A stretch of 64,000 nt of DNA from positions 90,148,001 through 90,212,000 of the forward strand of contig NC_043001.1 in NCBI RefSeq assembly GCF_006345805.1, written 5' to 3'. The notes under the pieces were generated by a model that worked only from the letters and a program-made list of their open reading frames with translations, had not been told where the DNA came from and did not search any database. The stretch comes from Octopus sinensis (taxonomy: Eukaryota). This document shows, in pieces, positions 1 to 13,476 of this stretch (positions within the stretch are counted from its first letter, which is position 1; the number at the start of each line of letters is the position of its first letter). Made by a program: the position numbers and the translations under genes.

Positions 1-339
1 TTTATCGTTGTCTTTTATGTTTTACTTGTTTCAGCCATTGGATCCCAGTACTTATTTTTCAAGTCTGCTACTTATTCTAGCGATCATTTTGCTGTAAACA
101 AACCAACACCGTTTGTCAAGCGGTGGAGGTGTGGATAAACGCAAAGACACATGCACATATAAATAGCAAGGATCATAAGGCCGGTTTACCTGATTCTTTG
201 GCGTATGTATTTCCCCTTCGACAGGAGGCCGGTCCCTAGTAGGATCACTCATTTTGCCTGCACAATGGACCAGAGCTACGTGAAATTCTGAGTGGAAGAG
301 CCAAATCACTAAGCCAGGCGCCTCCACACATACATATAT

Positions 340-520
340 AATTATATATACAATGGGTTTCCTCACGATTACCCTCTTCGAAATTCATTTACAAGGCTTT
401 GGTGTATCCGAGTTACAGTAAGAGATACGTGTCCAAGCTGTCGCGCTGTGAGACTGAACTCAAAGCCAAGTAGTTGTAAAGTGAGTTTTTTTAACCACAT
501 AGCCAAACCCGCGTCTACCC
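340..520 (-). mobile_element. tRNA-derived CORE-like SINE, diverged 5' part
   Basis: Reverse complement aligns by eye with the SINE head at 9840-9990 (acaaggctttgg...ccaag...gactgaac...aaccacatagcc). Confidence 0.6.
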
Positions 521-552
521 GTTTTCTTTTTAATATTGTCTGTTTGCTAAAC

Positions 553-770
553 GCGGCGAGCTGGCAGAATCATTAGCCAGGAAAAATGCTTAGTTGTATT
601 TCATCCGTCTTTACGTTCTGTATTCAAATTCCGCTTAGGTCGACTTTCCCTTTCATAATTTCGAGGTCGATAAAATAAGTGCCAGTTGAACATTGGCGGG
701 GGTCGATGCAACCGACTTATTCCCTTCCATGAAACTGCTGTCCTAGAGCTAAAACTTGAAACCAATATTG
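553..770 (+). mobile_element. tRNA-derived SINE, second family (ggcgagctggcaga...ttcaaattccgc...ggtcgataaaataagt)
   Basis: A/B-box-like head; same sequence recurs at 4230, 12010, 22680(-), 38790(-), 41930(-). Confidence 0.7.
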
Positions 771-1559
771 TCTGTTTGCTATTTACAGATATTCCCGCGT
801 TACAAAATTCCAGTTCCTGAAAATGTTGTCATAACGCAGAATTCCGTAAAATGGTTCTTATTTCTCATAACTTTTCATGTTTAGATGGAGATGTCTTCCG
901 ACAGGCGTTTTCCGAGAAATTGAAACAAAACAAAGAACGCAACACAAAGACTTTTATGTATGAAAAATAAAAAAATTTAAACACACGGTACATATAGTAT
1001 GTTTATATATATATGATAACTTTTGAAAAGAAACTCATTGGGGTTATAAATAAGAATACAGATATAAAAGTAATAATATAGAAGAATAAGTAAATAATAT
1101 CGTAATGCGCTACATGCTCATCGCAAATGAATTTGAATGCTGTGTAATATGTGGCGGTAGAGGTCCTGCAATAGGAGTTAGTGAGAAAAGGGGTACTATT
1201 TTCTGCTCTGTAGATCATTAACATCATCAGCATCTGTTGAAGAATTTACCCCTACTATGTTTATGCTTACGGTGCACCACTTCTTTATACAGCTCAGCGT
1301 AGATAAATCAGGATCATTATTAACAACGACTTGTAGACATTTCCTCTATTAGTGTCAATCGCTTCGCTATATTCTTTGCGGATGAGTAGAGTGGAGTGAA
1401 TAGAGCTTCTATATTTTCTTCTTGTTCTGCAATTCATTCATGTTCCCATAGTATTAAGCCCTCGTTTGAAAAACTTTCTCACTAGGACTTAAGCATTTCA
1501 ACAACATCATTTCATACAACTCCTTTTAATTATACATCATTTGGTAGTATCACACTATC

Positions 1560-2520
1560 TTTACGAAACTGATATAGACTTTTTACTGATTAAAAATCTA
1601 TAAAGTCGTTGATGTAGCATGACCGTGCGTTTTGAAAAACACTAGACATAGCTGCAAGTTTCACTTCATCACTCGGCTCCCTGATAGTAAACCATGCAAA
1701 TAGCTATCACATCATGCTGTATTGGCTGGAGCCAAGACATTATGATTTGGGATATATTGTACTCTCACGTTATTCGAAAAGATCTTTTAAGTTCACTCGG
1801 TGCATTGCTTAAAGAGAACAATGCTTTGTTGGAAATAATACACTTGTATTATAATAACATATAATAATATATAATATAATATAATATATAATATAATATA
1901 TAATAATAATTATAATAACATATAATAATGCACTGGTATACCTATCTGCAGTTGGACGAAAACAGTTTGTGGACCTGTTTAGGAAAAGGCTCGTAGTCAT
2001 CTAGGCCTTCTTATTTGAATGGCAAATCATAAGTCGATTAAACTTAGAATTCATTGAATCTCAGAAGCAAGGTCTCCTTGAGCAATAATGTTCTTTGGTT
2101 TCTCAGGATCATCAGTAGCGGCCTCTGTGTTAGCACTGACAGCTTCATTGGCCATTTTAATATTGTACAAATTAAGACACGCCTTAAACTTTGTAGATCA
2201 GCTTTTGCATCAAAAATTTTCTTCCGTTTCCTACAAATCGTCACACAAACTACTGTACCAAAGATTTAACTTATTTCTTCTATTTGTTCGCATATTTCCT
2301 TTGACGGATGTTGTAATTATCTTCAAAGTTATAAAATATTAAAGTTTAAATCTCAATTCTGAACTTACTTGCCTCGTTCATCTTGCATTTTCTTAAAATT
2401 CATTTGTTGTTTTCGAATGTTGTAGATGTTCATGTGTTGTATGTAAATTCACGTGAATCACCTGTCAACTTTGTAAGTGCTCCTTTGCGTTTCGATTCTC
2501 GTAAAATGCTTGGCATTGAT
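1560..2520 (-). pseudogene. Degenerate Tigger/pogo-family transposase relic
   Basis: Manual minus-strand translation gives FKACLNLYNIKMANEAVSANTEAATDDPEKPKNIIAQG (cf. Tigger1 [35 protein letters not shown]). It also gives KALFSLSNAPS and SWLQPIQHDVIAICMVYY (cf. LLLIDNAPGH, SILQPMDQGVISTFKSYY). Many stops and frameshifts. Confidence 0.65.
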
Positions 2521-2803
2521 TTTAGTTGTTGAAGAATGAAACAAACGTCAAATTAATTTTTATGTATGAGCTCTAACGTTAAGGTGTAAATTTATTTCTC
2601 TAAACCTTTGAGTTTACCTTTCACGTCGTTTCCCTTATCGAAATATTGTCTTTCTGTGTCATCTAAATATACGGAGAATCTTTCAAACTGCGCGAGTTTG
2701 CTCCCTGTTAAATAAACAGTTATCAATACATTTACAAGAATGAATCAGAGAGCATATGCCTCCTTACGTTCACAGCTATGAAATGAGGTTTTAAAGATAT
2801 GTA

Positions 2804-4075
2804 CGAAGGTAGGCTGAAAAGTTCAAAGGCTGACTATGAAGGAGTGGTGCCAGAGCGTCAAATATGGCATGTATTAATTTCGGCTCCTCTTAATAACTGC
2901 ATTGCTTCTTTCCAGCTAAACTGACATCTCACTGTTACGAACGTACTTCAAAAGTAACCAAACGTAACTTCTCTTGAAAACGGATAAAATTTGGCACCGA
3001 GGTGTTATGAAGTACCTGCAGAAAGGGCTTTAGCCCCCAGGGATATTCATTGGTATATTAGGGGATGACACTCTAGCTTTATCAATAGTGCAAAAGTGAG
3101 AAGCTACATTTAGAAAGGGAATGGAGAGTCTTGAAGATGATCTAATGTCTGGACGTCCTGCAACTGCCGCCGTCGAGAAAAGGATTGCTCGTGTTCATGA
3201 CATGCTGATGGATGACAAACGATTGACTATAAATCAAATAGCCACAGTAATTAGCATTTCCTGTGAGAGAATAGAGAATATTCTGCCCAATGAACTTGGC
3301 ATGATGGAGGTTTCTGCTCGGTGATCAAAAGCGCACCAGGCTGATCACATCACGGGAAAATATGTCATTGTTTCAAGCAGATCCAACTATTTTTCTGAAC
3401 GTTTCTTAAGCCAGGATGAGCGTTGGGTTTATCACTTTGAGCCAGAGATAAAAATCAAAACAAAACAAAACAATCCATGCAGTAGAAACACTCCTCGTCA
3501 CCTGCTCCAAAGAAGGCCCGAATCGTTTCATCTGCAAGGAAGGTGACGGTCTTAGCATTTTGGAATGCAAAAGGCATTATGTTTATCGACTATCTTCAAA
3601 AGGGACATACCATCAATGGAGAGTACGATGCCGACTTACTGTGGCAGTTACGAAAAGTTATCAAGACCAAACGCTCATGAAAATTGACGAAAGGGGTTAT
3701 GTTTCATGAGGACAATGCTCCAGCACACAATTCTTTGGTTTTAGTGGCTGGTGTGCGTGGCTGTGGCTTTGAACTGGTTGATCACCGTCCCTATTCTCTT
3801 GATTTGGTCCCTTCTGACCATCATCTGCTCCCCAACATGAAAAGCAAAAACACTTGGCTGGGAACTAGAATCGCATCGATGACGTCGTCGTACCTGCTGT
3901 TGACCTTTTTTGAGCAACAGGATGAAAGTTTCTTCACCAATGGGAGTCAAGAACAGCAACACCGATGGATGAAGTGTGTGGACTGCAAGGGAGACTATGT
4001 TGAGAAATAAACCTCATTTGGTAATATTCTATGAAAGTATCTTGGTCAGCCTTTGAGATTTTCAGCCGACCCTCG
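2804..4075 (+). mobile_element. Near full-length (1272 bp) degenerate mariner DNA transposon
   Basis: TIRs cgaaggtaggctgaaaagttcaaaggctgac / gtcagcctttgagattttcagccgaccctcg flanked by TA. Transposase pieces EDDLMSGRPATA, QDERWVYHFEPE, MFHEDNAPAH, HRPYSLDLVPSDHHL (YSPDLAP motif). Confidence 0.92.
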
Positions 4076-4229
4076 TACACAAAGCGCATTACTGTGTTTT
4101 GTCGTTAAAGGATTATCTAGCTCCACATGAAACTTGCCAGCTGTAAATTCTTGATATGTACCTACCTTATTTATGTTTGCAGTATTTTCTTCTTTACAAT
4201 TTATGTTCTCAGTATTTATGCTTAAGAAA

Positions 4230-4435
4230 GCGGCGAGATAGAGCGCCGGGCAAAATGCATAGTGGCATTTCGTCTGTCTTTATGCTCTGAGTTCAAATTC
4301 CGCTGAGGTGCGACTTTGATTTCCATCTTTTCCGGGATCGATGAAATAAGTAGCAGATGATGATAGGGATCGATGTAATTGACTTCCCCACACCCACAAA
4401 ATTGCAGGCCTTGTGTCAAAATCTGAAACCAATAT
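4230..4435 (+). mobile_element. tRNA-derived SINE, second family
   Basis: Matches 553-770 family (gagttcaaattccgc B box; ggatcgatgtaattgac). Confidence 0.7.
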
Positions 4436-4476
4436 TTAAACTTGAGTCAGTTTCTTGAAGTTTGATTTATATTTTA

Positions 4477-4866
4477 CTAGCAGTATCGCCCGGCGTTGCT
4501 CGGGTTTGTTTCGACCCTTTAGAATTAGAATTTTTGAAAAGTAAAAATTTTGCATTATGTGGCTTGTTATTCTCTTTAAGTGAACATTTCTCTGGTTGAA
4601 ATTCACCGAAAAATGGCGACACTGCAGTAAAAAAAAAGTAAAAAAAACAGGGATTTTCATAGAAAAAAAGCACCTTTTTGATTTAAATAAATTTTGGCGT
4701 TAACATGGTCCGATTTGAATTTTTTCTTCTACAGAAGAAAGAGCAAGCCTTCTTCTATCATACTCTCAATTTTGGTCAACTTGCGCTACAGGGTCTCGGA
4801 GGAGATAGTGTTAGTTGAAGGCTACCAAACCTGCCATACACAGACAACTTCAGCTTTATAGAGAGA
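4477..4866 (-). mobile_element. Non-autonomous Helitron-like element (390 bp)
   Basis: Minus strand starts TC(TCTCTATAAAGCTGAAG) and ends with a GC-rich hairpin (cccgagcaacgccggg) followed by CTAG and then T. Confidence 0.75.
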
Positions 4867-5260
4867 CTAGCAGTATCGCCCGGCGTTGCTCGGATTTGTA
4901 AGGGAAATAACTATATAAACATTTTTAGGGATGTAAAGTATAATAGCCATCTCAATATGGCTAACCACAAAGGGGGGGTGTTACTGTAGCTTTTTACGTT
5001 CTGAGATTTAATAATACATTTTTAGAGAGTTACTTCCCTTATATAATAGCAAAAAAATGCATTAAAATGGGAAAAAATGATGGTAATTTTTTTTTTAATC
5101 GTAGACTCATCGTAAACGCGCGCTAATACCCAGAAGGGCTCGATATGAATCACGACTATAAGATACCCGCTTTTGGTTACACTGCACCGCAAAATGTGGG
5201 AGTAGTTAGGAATCTAAATCGTAGGAGACAGACACACAACTTCACTTTTATATATAAAGA
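4867..5260 (-). mobile_element. Non-autonomous Helitron-like element (394 bp), head-to-tail with 4477-4866
   Basis: A|TCTTTATATATAAAAGTGAAGTTG 5' end; same hairpin + CTAG 3' end; interior differs from its neighbour. Confidence 0.75.
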
Positions 5261-6019
5261 TTTCCGAACAATTATTTCCAAGTCAAAGAGAGTACCATTG
5301 AATAAAAAAAAGAAAAACTCTGCTTTCTGAAATCTTGGCGGACGTTTTTGTCTACAACACTGAAAAAAAGATATTAGCTACGCTAGTCTGTTACTTTAAA
5401 AATCAAAACACCGACCTAAAGAAACAGCTTTGTTTCTATGTTTGTCTGTGCATACGCACGCGTGTCTGTCTGTCTGCCTGTCTGTTTGTCTGCCTGTATG
5501 TATGTATTATGTATATGTGTGTATGTGTGTGGTGATAACTATGTCTTCACAGATGATTGCCGTTTCCTGAAGCTTCCACGACGTCAATGGCGTTTTTGCT
5601 GATCGTCATGATTTGACGCATAGATGTCAGGCAAAAGTTGTAATTGCCAATGAAATGATCAGGTCACTTTATGGGACGACGAGTTCCTCGATCTAAGTTT
5701 CAAACCTTTCTGGACACGAAACTGAACCTTTTCACTTGTGGGATCTGCACACATCGTCACTCTTCCATCACCATACCGCTTTCAATAGATAGAAGGGCAA
5801 ATGAGGTCACCATAAAGAAATATGTACGCCATTGGATTGTAGTGATAAAAGCTTGTACAACACGAGTACCGCTCTGTGAGTCTCCGTGATTAGTATCTAA
5901 TGATATGCCGAAGCGAAATGACCAGTCATCACGTGAAATGGCAGGTTTTACATCAGACTGTCCCTCTCCTAGATGGATGCTGTGACAACAGCTAAGATCC
6001 TTCATTCCCATATATTCTT

Positions 6020-6400
6020 CTATTCTTTTATTCTTTCACTTGTTTCAGTAATTTGACTGCAGCCAAGCTAGAGCACCGCTTTTTAGTCGAACAAATGGAG
6101 CCCAGGACTTATTCTTTGTAAGCCTAGTACTTATTCTATCACTCTCTTTTGCCGACCTGCTAGATTACGGGGACGTAATCTCACCAGCATCAGTTGTCAA
6201 GCGATGGTGGGGAGACAAAAACAGACAGACAGACAGACAGACACACACACACACATATATATATATGTATATACATACATACTACGGGCTTCTTTTCAGT
6301 TTCCGTCTACCAAGTCCACTCACAAGGCTTTGGTCGACCCGAGGCTATAGTAGAAGACACTTGCCTAAGGTTCTACGCAAATGGACTGAATCCGGAACCA
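6020..6400 (-). mobile_element. CORE-like tRNA SINE, near complete
   Basis: Reverse complement of the 9840-10282 family, including tail (cttgtttcagtaatttgactgc) and central microsatellite. Confidence 0.75.
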
Positions 6401-6409
6401 GCACAAGTC

Positions 6410-6650
6410 CGAACAAGGTTGTTTTTGTGGAAGGCAAGCAGTCGCCCATGCATACCGGTCTCCCCTCTCCTCACCACCGATGTTATCCGAAGGGAAAAGC
6501 AAAGGCCGATACAGCTTGGCACCAGTGACGATGCAACTCGTTTCTACAGCTGATTGAACTGGAGCAATATGAAATAAAGTGTCTTGCTCAAAAACACAAC
6601 ACACAACCTCATGATTGTGAGCCCGACGCTTTAACCACCGAGCCACATAT
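6410..6650 (-). mobile_element. tRNA-derived SINE, third family (shares ggccgatacagcttggcaccagtgacg block with 43030-43130)
   Basis: Shared block between the two loci; tRNA-like head ggctcggtggttaaagcgtcggg on minus strand. Confidence 0.55.
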
Positions 6651-6651
6651 C

Positions 6652-6690
<39 letters not shown>

Positions 6691-9600
6691 ACACATATAT
6701 GTGTACATAGATACACATATGGAGATGTGTGTATGTAGGTATGTAAGTATATATGTGTGTGTGTGTGTGTGTGTATTTCGGTGCGCTAGTGCACGTGTCA
6801 CACAAACAAGAACATGTATATGTGAAGTTAAGAGTACAGATTTCATCAAGACAGACATTTGGGATCTAACAAACAGAGAGACATTTACTTTAGATAATCG
6901 CCTTTTCGTATAAAAGCTTCTGGACGTGTCTTTCTCACATTGTAGTCTCAACAGTGTGTTTGAGAGATGAAGAGATGATATTATTGACTGGAAGGAATAT
7001 TGTTTGCATTCGGTGCTGATACAATAGAAACTATTGTCGCCTAAAAACAAATAATTTACAATTAGTTATCTGCTGTATAGGTCAACAGAATATATAAACA
7101 ATACTTTCATAATAGCGATTTATATTTATTAACTAACAAGGGTAGCCGTCCTGAATGTAGATGAAATTGTAACTAAACAAAAACATGATCAAATAACTTG
7201 TACAGACATGTAGAGCTTAGAACTGTAACAGTATTAACGAATATAATTAAACGTGTAATGGATCATATAATAATTAATGTTTAATGTGGATTAACTGAAA
7301 GCATTTTATAGAAGGTCCTTTGTTTGACTTGTTTGTTCTACCGAGATTGCGTTTGTACCTGAATATGTTGCTGCTGATCATGTTGGCGTTCTTTCATAAA
7401 AAGATAGAAGTCTTTAGAAGCGGGACTTTACTTCAGTTTCTGCAGAATTATGTGTATTGGTCTGTAGCATGTAATTAGTCATAGTTAAAGCTACGTAAAT
7501 TGAGGTACGTGAATTAAAGCGCCTCACCTAGAAAAACAACGAAATACCCATCGATCCGATAGCCGAATGGGATATTTGCTTCTATGATGTTTGAATAACT
7601 TAAACAAAAAATACAGGTTCTATTTTCATTTAGATATAATAAGAATATATAACTTTCGAAAATATCAAAATCATGTAGCAACAGAGCAAACTCAAAGAGA
7701 GCTTACACCTTACTTCAGGGCATTGACAAGCATGAAAATAATAAAGAAAGGAATGTCTGACCTCAACACAAAACTTCAAAATCTATGATGGGAAAGAAAT
7801 ACAATTAGGTAGTGTGTATGCCTTTCTCGGGGACATACATGATGCGGAAAGGCTGCATTTGAGATACGAAACCGAATAGCGAATATTGGAAGGTCGGAAC
7901 TAACTACTGCTCCAAACAGGAAAGGTTAGTGTGGTTATAAGGTCAGCGAGAGTGAGAAGAAAGCGGGAGTTACGGAGAAGGGCGCATTTTAGTGAAAGAG
8001 TTACCAGTTGAAATATGAAATCAGGCTGCCTGTGCCGCTGTCTCTCGACAAAAAATATTATTTCTCCGAGAATTTCCCTCGACTTGAATGCATTCAATGT
8101 CCAATCAGCGATACAACATGATTTGTGTGTTAAAAAGGGGGAAACCACTAAAAGGCCTATAGAACTCGCAAGAATGAATGAACACTTTTATTCTCCGTAT
8201 GACATTCACCTGTATACCTTCTGCATTAAAGCAAAACAAAACTTTATTATTGATGTAAACGATTGCACAATTTCTGTAAACGAACTCGTTGACACGGATA
8301 GTTTTCCATAATTTTATCTCTGAGTCAGTTGCTCGTAATCTCAAGAGATCTACTAATATATTTGTCTTTGTTTTCAGTGATAGGAGAAATATGTTTGTAG
8401 TTAGGACGACATTTTGGTACAAGAAGTTGAACTATTGGAATCAAATCACTATGCTTGCATTTATTTTCTTGATCAGATACTATTGATATAAAGATTTTAG
8501 CTGCCAGAAGCTAAATTCCCGACAGTCATAGTAAGTTGGAGGTAAGATTGAGGCGAAACATGGCAAAGGTATCCCATCCTTGTCTATCTTGATCTCTCAT
8601 AAAGAGACACAGCAGCCCAATCAAACTAATGAGCCTTCTATATTTTGGGTTCCTCGTTGTACTTGCATTGGAAAATTAGCTGATAGATATGGGTTTCATT
8701 TATAAAAAATATTTATTTTGAGATAATGATCAAATAATATCTACTTAGTCATCCATAATCTTACGATATTACCGTTCAGTATTTCGTTTTGTCTGATTAA
8801 GGTTCCAAGCTCAAAAGCCGGTCGAAGTTGACTTTGCCTCTCATTCCCCCGAGTCAATAAAATAACAATCATACACGGATGATATTAATCCAACCCATTA
8901 TAGCGTTGCGCTACAAATTGTCGCATTGTGCCAAACAAAGAAATCAATATTTTCCACTTTAAAAATTGTTTTTTTTCAAGATATTATACCGTGACATTTA
9001 GTTAGTACAGAAAAGTATGACCCGGGGAAAAATCAGACGCTGTAAGCAATTACTCAGTGAGTCCTTGCTAATCAATTCAACAAGTTATCCGCTTCCTTGA
9101 ACCAAGGTTTACAGTTTACATCCTTTTGCTTTGCGCGCTTGCTAATCGACTTGGCTTCTGTTCACATAGCTGTAAATAGGTACCTTGAGGGAAGAACAAT
9201 TTATCTTGGTGGAGCAGCAAGAAAACTGTGTAATTGTATTTTGTTAGCTGTTAATAGTAAGCTGTCTTCTCATGCACTGTAATAGTTGAAATGGATATCC
9301 ACTGTCTGATGTCAATAGAGCTAATCCTCAATTGATAGCGAAGTCCGAACGGGAAAGGTTGAACAATTAGCTAAGTTTATCCCAGTTGCGTGATATAAAT
9401 GAAGTATTGATTGACTAACTCACGTTCTTGACGAACAAAATTGTTTGAAAGAGAAGGTGAGGAGAGAAGGTGACAGCAAGGAAGAGGAGAAAGAGACAGA
9501 GTGTGTTTGTGAGAGAGAGGGGAGAGAAAGAGAAAACAAGAGATCTGGGGACGAAAAATTTTATCGTTCAATGCCTTCTAATGTCTCTTAACTAGCAGAC

Positions 9601-9839
9601 GGTAGAAAGTTATTTGTGTTTAATATGAAATTTCTTGGTGTTTCAAATTTAGTATTGTATTTACGGATTTCAAGTGTCATTTTAGCGCTGAGCAAGAAAA
9701 TTGGGTCGCTTAATCAATTTTTGAATATACAGAAACAATTTCGATGGGTTTAAACTAAAATCATTGAAAGACCCCCAGTTACCCTCTATCACTAGCTAAT
9801 TAAAGAACCTCGAATCTATATGATTCAGATATAAAATAG

Positions 9840-9996
9840 AGGTAAAGGAGTGGCTGTGTGGTAAGTAGCTTGCTTACGAACCACATGGTTTCAGGTTCAC
9901 TCTCACTGCGTGGCACCTTGGGCAAGTGTATCCTACTATAACCTCGGGCCGACCAAAGCCTTGTGAGTGGATTTGGTAGACTGATAGAAGCCCGTC

Positions 9997-10074
<78 letters not shown>

Positions 10075-10282
10075 ATGTTTGTATGTCTGTGTTTGTCCCC
10101 CCAACATAGCTTGACAACCGATGCTGATGTGTTTACGTCCCCGTAACTTAGAGGTTCGGCAAAAGAGACCGATAGAATAAGTACTAGGCTTACAAAGAAC
10201 AAGTCCTGGGGTCGATTTGCTCGACTAAAGGCGGTGCTCCAGCATGGCCACAGTCAAATGACTGAAACAAGTAAAAGAGTAA
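9840..10282 (+). mobile_element. Full-length CORE-like tRNA-derived SINE
   Basis: Head ggagtggctgtgtggtaag...ggttcactc, CORE-like ccttgggcaag, central (TA)n(TG)n, 3' tail ggcggtgctccagcatggccacagtcaaatgactgaaacaagtaaaagag. Multiple copies in the window. Confidence 0.85.
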
Positions 10283-10519
10283 AATATTCTTTGCAAACAT
10301 GAGATTTCCAGTTGGAATTCACTACATGGCTCTTACATGGGTAAATGTCTTCTATTATAACTACAACTCGAGCCAAATTTGGTAGACGAAGAATATGAGG
10401 AAGCGTATCGTTTGGATCGCACACGTATTTCAAAGAGGCGTAACTATGTCCGACAGAATCACTTCGGTTCTGCTTCATCAACAGCGATGACAAAAATGGT
10501 TTTGCGTTTTAGCAAGGAA

Positions 10520-10959
10520 CTAGCAGCATAGCCCGGCGTTGCCCGGGTATGTAAGAGCCCCTAGTAGGCAACGACTAATCCCAATCTAGTCCTTTCCTTC
10601 TAGGGAACGAAGGCGCATGTGTAGGTTGCAATGTCTTCTCTTCACTCGAATACTTCTGTGTATACGATGTTCCTAGCTGTCCCTTTGGGCGATAAAAAGG
10701 TCGAGTTGTGTCCCCGAGACAGAAAATGTGTTGCATATAAAAGGCTTAGATTCTCGACCCCATGTCAAATTTATCGATTTTTTTCAGAACTGGGGGAACT
10801 TTTCAAAATTTTCACTGCGTTAGTTTTGAATTATGACATTGGGCTATGTGTGTGTCAAGTTTCATCAGAATCGGTTGAAAGTTGTGGTCAGGGTGAGGGT
10901 ACAACCTGACAGACACACAGACACACAGACAGACAAACTGCCGTTTATATAGAGAGAGA
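10520..10959 (-). mobile_element. Non-autonomous Helitron-like element (440 bp)
   Basis: A|TCTCTCTCTATATAAACGGCAG...(CTGT)n 5' end; hairpin cccgggcaacgccggg + CTAG|T 3' end. Confidence 0.75.
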
Positions 10960-11569
10960 TACCAGAAATCCTCTATGAATTTCTCAGAATATATATATTT
11001 TAATTTTGTTTTACTTTTTACTTGTTTTGGTCACTGGACTGCAACCATGCTTGGGCACCACCTTAGAGGGTTTAATCGAACAAATCAATCTCAGTACTCA
11101 TGTTTTGGCCTGGTGCCCATACTTGAAATTATTATTTCTGTTGTTTTGCCGTTAAAGTAACGGAAAAAACGCTTTGCTGTATTTCTTCTGACACCACGTT
11201 CCATGTTCAAATTCCGCTGACGTCAAGTTTGTGGTTCATTTCTTCGAGATTGATAAAAAGAAAGTACGTTTCAAATACCGGAGTCGATGGAATCGAATTA
11301 CACCCAACCCCTCAAAATTGTCGGCCTTGTGTACGAATTAGAAGCCATTATTTTCGCAAAGATATTGTTCGACAAATATACCGAAATCCTATTGATGCAC
11401 CTTCGATGTGATGCAATAACCTTTGGCTTAAACTCAAATGAACATCGTACAGGAAGGAAAATAACGAAAAAAAAATTTAGCTTCTAACATGAATATAGGA
11501 TTTTGTGTAGGTATCTTTGGCCGAAAGCTAATTTACGGGAACATAAACAAACCAATACCTGTTGTCAAG

Positions 11570-11735
11570 CACATATACATCAGGCTTCTTTCAGCTTCCG
11601 TGTACCAAATTTACAAGGCTTTTGTCGGTCCGAAGCTATAGAAGAAAGACACTTGTCCAAGGTGCCACGTAGTAGGACTGAAACCGAAACCGTATGGTGG
11701 GGAAACAAGCTTCTTACCACACAGCCGCGCCTTCA
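11570..11735 (-). mobile_element. CORE-like SINE 5' half
   Basis: acaaggctttgtcggtccgaagctatagaagaaagacacttgtccaaggtgccacg...cttaccacacagcc. Confidence 0.75.
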
Positions 11736-12009
11736 GCCCTAGTGGCCCAAAATCAAGACGACCTTCTTATGACTTTCTTGAATTAAGTCAAAATCACACC
11801 AGACACGAATTCCATATGTATTCCTACAGGGTTTATTAAATGTGTTCCGGCAGGTTATTGGTGATTATTATCAAATGTATATTTATGCCAGCAAAACCTG
11901 ATTCTAGATCGAGACAATAAAATCTGCTTTAAAATCCGCAAACATTCTAACATCTAACTCCCATCCCAACAAAATCATTGATTGTCATTATTTCTATTCC
12001 TTTTTTCGT

Positions 12010-12203
12010 AAGGTGGTAACCTGTTAGAGTCGTTATCACGCTGGTCAAAATGCTCGTCGGCATTTTGTCCGTCTTTAACTTCTGAGTTCAAATTTAGCCG
12101 AGGTCGACTTTGGATTTCATCCTTTCGGGGTCGATAAAATAAGTACCAGTTGAACACTGGGGGTCGATCTAATCGACATAGCCGTCATCTCTGAAATTGC
12201 TGA
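12010..12203 (+). mobile_element. tRNA-derived SINE, second family
   Basis: gagttcaaattt...gaggtcgactttggatttcatcctttcggggtcgataaaataagtaccagttg. Confidence 0.75.
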
Positions 12204-13476
12204 CATTTCTGTTGTTTTGCCGTTAAAGCATCGGACAGAATGCATTGCGGTATTTCTTCTGACACTTTACGTTCCTTGTTTGAATTCTGCTGGCATCAAG
12301 CTTGTTTTTCATTTCTTCGAGATTGATAAAAGAAAAATAACATTCAAATACCGGGGTCGATGGAATCGAATTGCATCCAATACCTCAAAATTGTCGGCCT
12401 TGTGTCCGAATTAGAAGCCATTATTTTCGCAATGATATTGTTCGACAAATATTTCGAAATCCTATTGACACACCTTCGATGTGATACAATAACCTTTGGA
12501 TTAAACTCAAATGAACGTCGTACAGGAAGGAAAATACCGAAAATATTTAGTTTCCCACATGACTGTAGGATTTTGCTGTATCCCTGGAGGGTCATCATTA
12601 TTACTACTAAACACGCACTGGTTCTATTTCACTTCTTTTATTATTACTAGTTAATTCCTTAACATTTAACAAAATGGTTAATCGATTGCTTGATTAATAG
12701 TTCATTCAATGAATCAAAAACTTTTCGTCGACATTTGCAACTTCATGAATACCATGCTCTCTCTCTAAACCAGATCTGTTTCAACGTACGAGTTCACGTC
12801 AAGAATCTTGTAAACCAAATACAAAAGAAAAATATAACACTAAGTGTTTCTACTATATATATATATACATAATGCAAACGTGGAAGAAAAAGATTCCCTT
12901 CTAACTTAAAAGACTTCCTATTATCTTTCTATTGTATATTGTATTTTTCACATTTATTCTCATAGACTATGTTATACTATCGGATGAAGAAAATCTTTGA
13001 AGAATTTTTTTGTCTATCTTAGAAATAAAAAATTTAAACTTGCTATGGAAAATGTTGAAGAATAACAAAACATTTTTGTCTGGATTTCTTCTCTTCAGCT
13101 GCTAACATACTCTACAAAAATGTAAATTTATTATTCTCAAGCAGCTACCGTCCTTTTTCTAAAAAATAATTATAAAAATGTCCCTCACCACACACCTTTT
13201 AACGTTTATGCGACATAAAATATTGTCTTAAGTTGAGTGGAAGATATTTATATTTTGCTCTCAACTAGGAGGTGAATGTCTGAACTAAGTATTAAAAAAA
13301 ATTATTTTGATTTTTTTGTTTTAGCATCGTTGTATTCGATGTATGTATGTATGTATGTATGTATGTATGTATGTATGTATGTATGTATGTATGTATGTAT
13401 GTATGTATGTATGTGTATACATATATATAGGATAAAATTTTTCCCAAAAAATTTCATCAAAGTGGCCAACGGTGAA

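Larger units (their letters stand above)
11134..12575 (+). repeat. Dispersed direct duplication of ~370 bp (11134-11505 and 12205-12575)
   Basis: The two segments align end to end with scattered substitutions, across both the SINE part and the non-SINE flank. Confidence 0.9.

Noticed and set aside
8015-8486. ORFs with MNEHFYSPYDIHLYTFC, faintly like a Cys-loop receptor motif
   Set aside because: The paired cysteines are absent, the upstream frame has several stops, and no transmembrane region follows.
9840-9910. tRNA-like sequences here and at other SINE heads, including 20121-20198
   Set aside because: They have A/B boxes but no complete cloverleaf or acceptor stem, and they continue into SINE bodies; not tRNA genes.
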